Positions 56,450 through 64,000 of a DNA stretch of 64,000 nucleotides are shown here, piece by piece. Under the pieces are notes generated by a model, which was given only the letters and a program-made list of their open reading frames with translations, was not told the origin of the DNA and did not search any database. The first letter of the stretch is position 1; every line of letters begins with the position of its first letter. The DNA is from the human T2T-CHM13v2.0 reference genome, Homo sapiens: the NCBI RefSeq assembly GCF_009914755.1, contig NC_060932.1. The stretch is one strand, 5' to 3'. The position numbers were made by a program, and so were the translations under genes.

Positions 56450-59030
56450 TGGTGTTTTTGTACTATTATGTTTCCTTTCCCATTTTCCTGTATGTATATC
56501 TTGTAGATATTTTCTTAGAGGTTACAATGAATACTATGATTGGCAACCTAAAAATATAATAGCCTCATTTGAATTAGTAGCAATTTAGCATCAATAGCAT
56601 ACAAAAAACATGCTCCTCTATGGTTCTGCTCCTCCTTTTGTTGTTATTGTCATAGATCATTATATCTTTATACAGATTTGCCCAGTCATCTAGATTATAA
56701 GCATATTTATGCATTTGTATTTTAAATCATGTAAGAAATAAAATCTGACTTTACAAATCAAAAATAATACAATGCTGGCTTTTATATTCATCTATGCAAT
56801 TACCTTTATTCAAGATAGTTATTTCTTCAATTTTCTTTCCAGTGTCCTTTCATTTCAACCTAAGGACTCCCTTTAGTATTTCTTGTAGGGCAGGTGTGCT
56901 GGTATTGAACTCCCTCTGTTTTATTCTTTTGGAAATGTCTCAGTTTCTTTTTATGTCTTAATGCTGTTTGACAGATATAGATTCTTGGTTGACAGATTTG
57001 TTTTTTACTTTTAGTAATAAAATATGTCATCCCACCTCCTTCTGGCTTCCATGACCTCTGATGATAAATTGGCCATTAATTTTATTGAGAGTTCTTTGTA
57101 TGTAACTAGTCACTTCTCTGTTTCTTCTTTCAAGATTCTCCTTCTGTCCTTGGTTTATAAAAGTTTAAAAATAAGTTGATATTATATAGTATGGGTTTTC
57201 TTGAGTTTCTCCTACTTGGAGTTAATTGAACTTGTTGAATTTTTAGATTCTTAGATTTATTTATTTTATTAAATTTGGGATGTGTTACAGTCATTGTTTT
57301 ATAAATGTTCTTTTCCATGTGTCTCTTTGCCCCTCTATGTGCCTGTACGTATATGTCTCTGTGTATCTGATGTGGATCTCTGTGAATGCAGCTGTGTTAT
57401 CTACCATGGGCCTCTATGTGCATCTCCGCACACCTCTCTGCCTGCCTTGGCATGTCTGTGTCTCCTTGTGTCTGTGTGTGTATGTGTGTGTGTGTGTGTG
57501 TCTCTCCTTCCCTCTCCCCCAACCCTTTTTGAGAACTTCAAATGCATGTGGTGGTCTGCTTGGTGGTATTCTACAGGTCTCTTAGGATCTGTTCATTTTT
57601 CTTCTTTGTTCTTCTTCTTATATAGTGGGTAGTTTTACTTGCCTTATCTTCATGTCTGTTTATTATCCTTCTGCAAGTTTATATCTGTTGTTGAACCCCT
57701 CTTGTAAAATTTTCATTTCAGTTAGTGTACTTTTCAGCTCCAGAATTTATATCTGATTTATTTTTATAATTTTGATCCTTTTTACTGATATTCACAATTT
57801 GTTCATACATCAATTTTTTTATTTACTTTATTTCTTTATGAATGGTTTTCATTAGCTTTTAGAGCATATTTAAGGCAGTGGATTTAAAGTCTTTGTCTAA
57901 AAACTGCAATGTCTTAGCTTCCTCAGGGATAGTTTTGGTAGATTAAATTTTTTCATCAAATAGGCCATATTTCCCTGATTTTTTTTGTATGCTATGTCTC
58001 TTTCTGTTAAAAATTAGACATTTGATTATTCTTATATAATATCTCTGTAAATAAGATTCTTTCCCCTTCCCCAAAGGTCACTGTTCTTGGTTTTTGAAAT
58101 ATGCAGTCATTCGTTTATTGACTTCTCAAATTAATTTCGCAAAGATTGTATTTGTAATGCATTGTCACTAAACTCTCTGTTTATTTAGATAGTTTTTAGT
58201 TATTATTAGTTTTTATTGACAGGGTTTCCCTTGAACACCAGAAACTGGTGAAAAATAAAATATTCCCATCTTGGCAGGTTGGCTCTCTGCTGAGGAATTA
58301 CTGCAATATTTAGCCAAAGTGTTTACAACCCTGCTTTAGCCTTTACTTCTTGCATGCACTGAGCATAGAGATCAGCTAATGGTGAAAGTTTAAGGATGCC
58401 TCAAGGTCTTTTCCTGCCAACACCTTGTGTTGGATGTGTTAAGCTATCTAAATTCTCATGTATGAATTCCTTAATCCCCTAAATAAACTCTTTCCCCAGC
58501 TTTTCTTCCCAGGACATCTCTTAAATGTCTCAAATGAATCTTTAGTCCCGAGTAACTGAGATTTTTGTTTACGTTACCATGCATTAAAGCAGTACTTACT
58601 ACTTTTCCATCCAGAGTGAGTTGAGTGAGGCAAAACAGAGCTGAGCACCTTGCATAGAGTTTTCTTCAGGTAAATCCCAGACAATTTAGAACTAACAAGC
58701 ACAGTAGTTTATGAATAAGGTTTTCCCCACTTCCTCTTGAACTAGCTGTCAGGGTCATACACTGGGGCCATAGAAAGCTGTCTTCAAGAACGCTTCCAAG
58801 CCCTGGAAAGGTGAGGGCAAGTAAAATGTCGCAAAATTTTCCTACCATTTTAAAGTTGTCTCTCTATTTTTTTAATCAGCTTGGTGGCCGTAAACCATTG
58901 ACTGTTTTCCAGAGTTCTGACAAAGTTAGTTCTGGAAAGTTCTGCTAGTTTCTTTGACCTTTCTGTGAAGGGATGATAGACATTGATTCTATCTTATTGA
59001 CCATTTTGCTTACATTGCTCAGTCTTTTAA
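56450..59030 (-). mobile_element. Ancient L1M ORF1/5' UTR region (contains a (TG)n at about 57472-57501)
   Basis: ctttagtatttcttgtagggcaggt, gattcttggttgacag, catttcagttagtgtacttttcagctccagaatt. Confidence 0.75.
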
Positions 59031-59275
59031 CTTGTGTTTAAGCCTTTCACATTTAAAGTGAGTATTGATGTGGTTGGATTGACATCTATAGTTTATCTAG
59101 TTGTTTTATATTCAATTTTTTCTTTTTTATTTTCTGTTTGCCTCTTTAAGTCAAATTGAGTATGTCTTATAATTCAGTTTTAATTCTTCTGTCAATTATT
59201 TTTACTTTTTAAAAATTATTTAGTGTTTTCTCTAAGGCTAATAATGTGCATTTGAAAATAATCTCAGTATGTTAC

Positions 59276-59738
59276 TGTTATGGTTAATACTGAGTGCCAA
59301 CTTGATTGGACTGAAAGATGCAATGTATTGTTCCTGGGTGTGTCTGTGAGGGTGTTGCCAAAGGAGATTAACATTTGAGTCACTTAACTGGGAGAGGCAG
59401 ACCCACCCTCAATCCAGGTGGACAGTCTCTAATCATCTGCCAGCACAGCCAGAATAGAAAACAGGCAGAGAAACGTAGAGAGAAACATAGAGAAACGTAG
59501 AGACTGGCCTAGCCTCCCATCCTACATCTTTCTCCCATGCCAGATGCCTCCTGCCCTCAAACATTGGACTCCAGGTTCTTTGGCTTTGGGACTTGGACTG
59601 GCTTCCTTGCTCCTCAGCTTGCAGACAGCTTATTGTGGAACCTTGTAATCATGTGAGTTAATACTCCTTAATAAACTCCTGTCTATATACACATCTGTCC
59701 TATTAGTTCTGTTCCTCTAGAGAACTCTGACTAATACA
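59276..59738 (+). mobile_element. MLT2A1/2 (HERV-L) LTR, serving as the 5' LTR of a chimeric provirus
   Basis: tgttatggttaatactgagtgccaacttgattgg...gtgtctgtgagggtgttgccaaaggagattaacatttgagtc...ctctagagaactctgactaataca. Confidence 0.93.
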
Positions 59739-61163
59739 GATATTGGTGCCAGTAAGAGTGAGGTGCTGCTGAAAAGATACCTGAAAATGTGGAAGTGATT
59801 TGAACTGGGTAACAGGCAGAGGATGGAACAGTTTGGAGTGCTCAGAAGAAGAAAGGAAAATGTGGGAAAGCTTGGGACTCCATGGAGATTTGTTGAATGG
59901 CTTTGACCAAAATGCTAATAAAGATATGGACAATGAAATACAGGCTGAGGTGGGAACTGGAACAAGGGTAACTTTTGTTATGTTTTAGCAAAGAGACTGG
60001 AGGCATTTTGCCCCTGCCCTAGAGATTTGAGGAACTTTGATCTTGAGGAAGACAATTTAGGGTATCTGGTGGAAGAAATTTCTAAGCAACAAAGCATTCG
60101 AGAGGTGACTTGGGTGCTGTTAAAAGTATTCAGTTTTATAAGGGAAGCAGGGCATAAAAGTTCAAAGAATTTGCAGCCTGACAATGCAATAGAAAAGAAA
60201 ATCCCAATTTCTGAGGAGAAATTCAAGCCAGCTGCAGAAATTTGCATAAGTAATGAGGAGCCCAGTGTGAATCCCCAAGAAAATGGGGAAAATGTCTCCA
60301 GGGCATGTCAGAGACTTTTGTGGCAGTCCCTCCCATCACAGGCCTGGAGACCTAGGAGAAAGAAAAGGTTTTGTGGGCTGTGCCCAGGGTCCCCATGCTA
60401 TGTGCAGTCTAGGGACTTGGTGCCCTGCTTCCAGCCACTGTGTTGAGCCTTCGAGTCCACAGAAGTCAAGAACTGGGTTTGGGAACCTCTGCCTGGATTT
60501 CAGAGGATATACAGAAATGCCTGGATGCCCAGGCAGAAGTTTACTGCAGGGGAAGGGCCCTCATGGAGAACCTCTGCTAGAGCAGTGTGGAAGGAAAATG
60601 TGGCTTTGGAGCTTCCAAACAGAATCCCTACTGGAGCAATGCCTACTGGAGCTCTGAGAAGAAGGTCACTGTCCTCCAGACCTCAGAATGGTAGATCCAC
60701 TGACAGCTTGCATGTGCACTTGGAAAAGCTATAGACACTCAATGCCAGCTGGTGAAAGCAGCTGGGAGGGAGGATATACCCTGTAAAACCACAGGGGCAG
60801 AGTTGCCCAAAACCATGAGAACCCACCTTTGGCATCAGTGTGATCTGGATGTGAGACATGGATCCAAAGGAGTCATTTTGGAGAGAGGCAGACTTAAGAT
60901 TTGACTGCCACACTGGATTTCAGACTTGCATAGGGCCTGTAGCCCCTCTGTTTTGGCCATTTCTCCTATTTGGAATGGCTATATTTACCCATTGGCTGTA
61001 CCCCCATTGTATCTAGGAAATAACTAACTTGCCTTTGATTTTACAGACTCATAGGCAGAGGGGACTTATGCTGAAATGAGTTAAGACTTTGGGGGACTGT
61101 TGGGAAGGCATGACTGGTTTTAAAATGTGAGAACATGAGATTTGGGAAGGGCCACAAGTCAAA
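59739..61163 (+). mobile_element. THE1-int (MaLR internal region, remnant ORF)
   Basis: gctgctgaaaagatacctgaaaatgtggaag...gaactgggtaacaggcagagg; ORF 60027-60446 (DNLGYLVEEISKQQSI...KFKPAAEICISNEEP); degraded PPT at about 61144. Confidence 0.93.
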
Positions 61164-61502
61164 TGATATGTTTGGCTGTGTCCCCACCCAATCTCATCTT
61201 GAATTCTCTTGTGTGGTGGGAGGGACCTGGTGGGAAGTAATTGAATCTTTCCTGTACTGTTCTCATGATAGCGAATAAGTCCCATGAGATCTGACAGTTC
61301 TATAAGGGGGAGTTTCCCTGCACAAACTCTCTCTTTGACTGCCACCATCCACGTAAGTTGTGACTTGCTCCTCCTTGCCTTCCGCCATGATTGTGAGGCT
61401 TCCCCAGCCAGGTGGAACTGTAAGTCCATTAAACCTCTTTCTTCTGTAAATTGCCCAGTCTTGGATATGTCTTTAGCAGTGGTCCGAAAACAGACAAATA
61501 CA
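61164..61502 (+). mobile_element. THE1A-like 3' LTR
   Basis: tgatatgtttggctgtgtccccaccc...gagtttccctgcacaa...catccacgtaag...aaaacagacaaataca, followed by TSD GTTAC. Confidence 0.92.
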
Positions 61503-61920
61503 GTTACTGTCAGTGAATCAAGGAGGGCTATTGTTGTGTCAGGTCTACTCGGTGTCGATGCTAAGGTCCTTCACACTCATCAGGGTGATCTGAGAGATGA
61601 GTCAGTGGGTGCAGAGCCACTGTGGCTGAGAATTGTTCTGGGGGTTAGCAAGCAGGAGATGAAAGTGGAGAAGAAAACCATGTCCAGGGGTTGAACACCT
61701 CCAGCTAAAGAAGGCCAGGCATAGAGGTGTCTTACGACTAGGGAACCTATTTGAGTCACTGCAATAAAGTATGTTCCTAGTAGTGAATCCACACAGGTTT
61801 GCAGCAACTTGATTCTTGCCCTCTCAGAGAAAATAATTCTGTTGAGAGGCATAAGACAGGGTGAGAGACTGAGGCAAGTTTTAGAGTAGGTGTGAAAGCT
61901 TATTAAAAAGTTTTACAGCC

Positions 61921-62011
61921 AACCTGGGAGGTGGAGCTTGCAGTGAGCCGAGATCGTGCCACTACACTCCAGCCTGGGCGACAGAGTGAGACTCCATCTC
62001 AAAAAGAAAAG
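61921..62011 (+). mobile_element. 5'-truncated AluY (about 90 bp)
   Basis: ggagcttgcagtgagccgagatc..., A-rich tail and TSD aaaagttttacRgc (61906-61919 and 62012-62025). Confidence 0.9.
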
Positions 62012-63303
62012 AAAAGTTTTACGGCAAGAGTGAGAGAAAGCAAAGTACGCTTGGAAGAGGACCAAGCAGGTGATGTGAGAGATCAAGGCTCCATCAGACC
62101 TTTGACTTGGGGGTTTTATATATTGACATGGTTCTGGGGTTTGTGTTTCTTCTCCCTTGATTCATCCCTTGGAGTGGGGTGTCCGCATGTGTGGTGGCCT
62201 GCCAGCACCTGAGAGGGGCCACATGCACAGCATGTTTATTGAAGTTGTGCACATACTCACTGGGGCATTTTCCCCTTATCAGTCAAGCATTGCTAGAGAA
62301 AGGTCATATACCAGTTAAACGCTGCCATTTTGTCTCTTAGTGCGCATGCTTGAGCCCACTCACCTAACTTGTGAAATCTTATTAGGAAGCTACTGATCAT
62401 CAGCAGCAGTGTCAGGTGTTTTCTATCTATCCGACGATTGCTCTTCCCTGGCACTAACTGAGACCAACTGTTATTTAGAGAGACAGTTTAACAACTGCCT
62501 GACCATCAGCTGATACTCACTCACCTGATGTTCCTGAGAGGGGTCCCTCTCTTGCCCTGCTCATGTATTCCTAGCTACTACTCTAACAAATATACCTTTA
62601 AATAATGTTATACTACTTCATGTGTAACAAAGGACCACTTAATATTATTTTTCTCATTCCTCCTACCAATCCCTGCTACCATCATTGTCATTCATTTAAA
62701 CATTATTATTTTATAATTTAGTGGTTATTTTGGGAGAAATTGAGGTAACACTATATTCATCTTTTTTATATTTCCAGTGTTTTGTACTTCTTTCTGTAGA
62801 TTGGAATTTTGACCTGTATCATGTTTCTTCACATTAAGCCTTCTTGTAGATAAAACGGCAATTAACTTTTCATTTGTATCTTTCTTTTCTTTCTTTAAAT
62901 GTTTTTTCTTCTTCTGAATTTATTGAAGTACAATTTAGGTACATTAAACTATGTGTATTTCAAGTGTACAACTGAATAACTTTTGACATGCTTTTTTTTG
63001 GTAAAAACATTACTATACTCTTGTCTTTTAAAAAAATTTATAGTTTTCCATTTCATCCTTTTAAAATCTTTACTTGCAATTATTCTGTTAAAAAAAAAAG
63101 TTTTATTCTATAGAGTTTCCCACATACTTTCTTCTGTTGTTTCTAGTATTAATGTGGTATTTAAAGTATTCCTTTGTTTTCTATGTTTCATGAAAAAATA
63201 GTTAAATCTAAATGCTTAGACTAATTCAGTCTTAGAATTTTTAGTGATTGGGCAAAGCTAACTCATAGATAGATTAGTGTCTTTCATGGGTAATTCCTTT
63301 TTT

Positions 63304-63602
63304 CATTCTTTTTTTTTTTTGGAAACGGAGTCTCTCTCTGTCACCTAGGCTAGAGTACAGTGGCTCAGTCTCGGCTCACTGCAAGCTCCGCCTCCCGGGT
63401 TGATGCCATTCTGCTGCCTCAGCCTTCGAAGTAGCTGGGACTACAGGTGCCCGCCACCATGGCCGGCTAATTTTTTTGTATTTTCAATAGAGATGAGGTT
63501 TCACCGTGTTAGCCAGGATGGTCTCGATCTCCTGACCTCGTGATCCGCCCACCTTGGCCTCTCAGAGTGCTGGGATTACAGGCGTGAGTCACCATGCCCA
63601 GG
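63304..63602 (-). mobile_element. AluY
   Basis: gcaagctccg and ccgtgttagccaggatggtctcgatc, with a 17-bp TSD tgggtaattcctttttt (63287-63303 and 63603-63619). Confidence 0.95.
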
Positions 63603-64000
63603 TGGGTAATTCCTTTTTTACATATGAGTTTTGTCCTTCATTTGGCATTCTTCATGTTTGGTTAATCTTTATTCTAGGTATGGACTTGAGGGAAGATAGC
63701 ATTTTTCTTTCAGAACTTCAAAATTGTCACTTTATTTTTTAAAATTTGCTTAGTTTTTGATAAGAATTCTGATAGACTTTATCATTATTTTTCTTTAGGG
63801 AATATATCAATTTTACATATCAATTTTCCTCTCATAGTTTTTAATATATTTATCTTCACCTGTAGTTTTCAACAATTAAAATATAAAATACCTAGATTTT
63901 TGTTTGTTTGTTCTGTTTTAAGGGGTGTGTGTGTGTGTGTTCATTTTAAAGTTTGGTGTTTTTCAATTTTGGATCTGTGGTTCATGTCTGTCACAAATTT

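Larger units (their letters stand above)
59270..62588 (-). mobile_element. MER50-like ERV1 LTR, interrupted 6 bp from its end by the chimeric provirus and internally by an AluY fragment
   Basis: tgttac|...|tgtcagtgaatc..., gcagcaacttgattcttgcc...gagactgaggcaagttttagag...gccctgctcatgt...ctactctaaca; flanks agta/aata. Confidence 0.75.

Noticed and set aside
60027-60734. 139-aa ORF as a host gene
   Set aside because: MaLR (THE1-int) ORF remnant with internal deletions and frameshifts.
61399-61411. PRDM9 hotspot motif in the THE1 LTR
   Set aside because: Reads CTTCCCCAGCCAG, not the active CCTCCCTAGCCAC.

Overview
AT-rich, gene-poor primate genomic DNA, very probably human, because it contains an L1 with the human-specific pre-Ta diagnostics (ACG and G in the 3' UTR). 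I find no credible protein-coding exon, RNA gene or CRISPR array. Every recognisable ORF in the track is a piece of L1 ORF2, the MaLR internal ORF, an Alu frame or a simple repeat. Most of the window is layered transposon debris: old L1M, L2 and MIR, ERVL/MaLR/ERV1 LTRs, MER2 and MER58 DNA transposons, about 9 Alus and several L1PA elements. Many are nested and have readable target-site duplications (TSDs). The most notable feature is a single provirus with two different LTRs at 59276-61502: a HERV-L (MLT2A) 5' LTR, a THE1 MaLR internal region and a THE1A 3' LTR, bounded by one perfect 5-bp TSD. The family switch falls at the primer-binding site, as expected for intermolecular plus-strand transfer between a co-packaged HERV-L helper and a THE1 passenger. 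Also notable are a twin-primed L1HS pre-Ta insertion that apparently reused the target site of a much older L1, an AluYd-lineage Alu and several micro-scale template-switch scars. Subfamily names come from my recall of consensus sequences, not from a database search.
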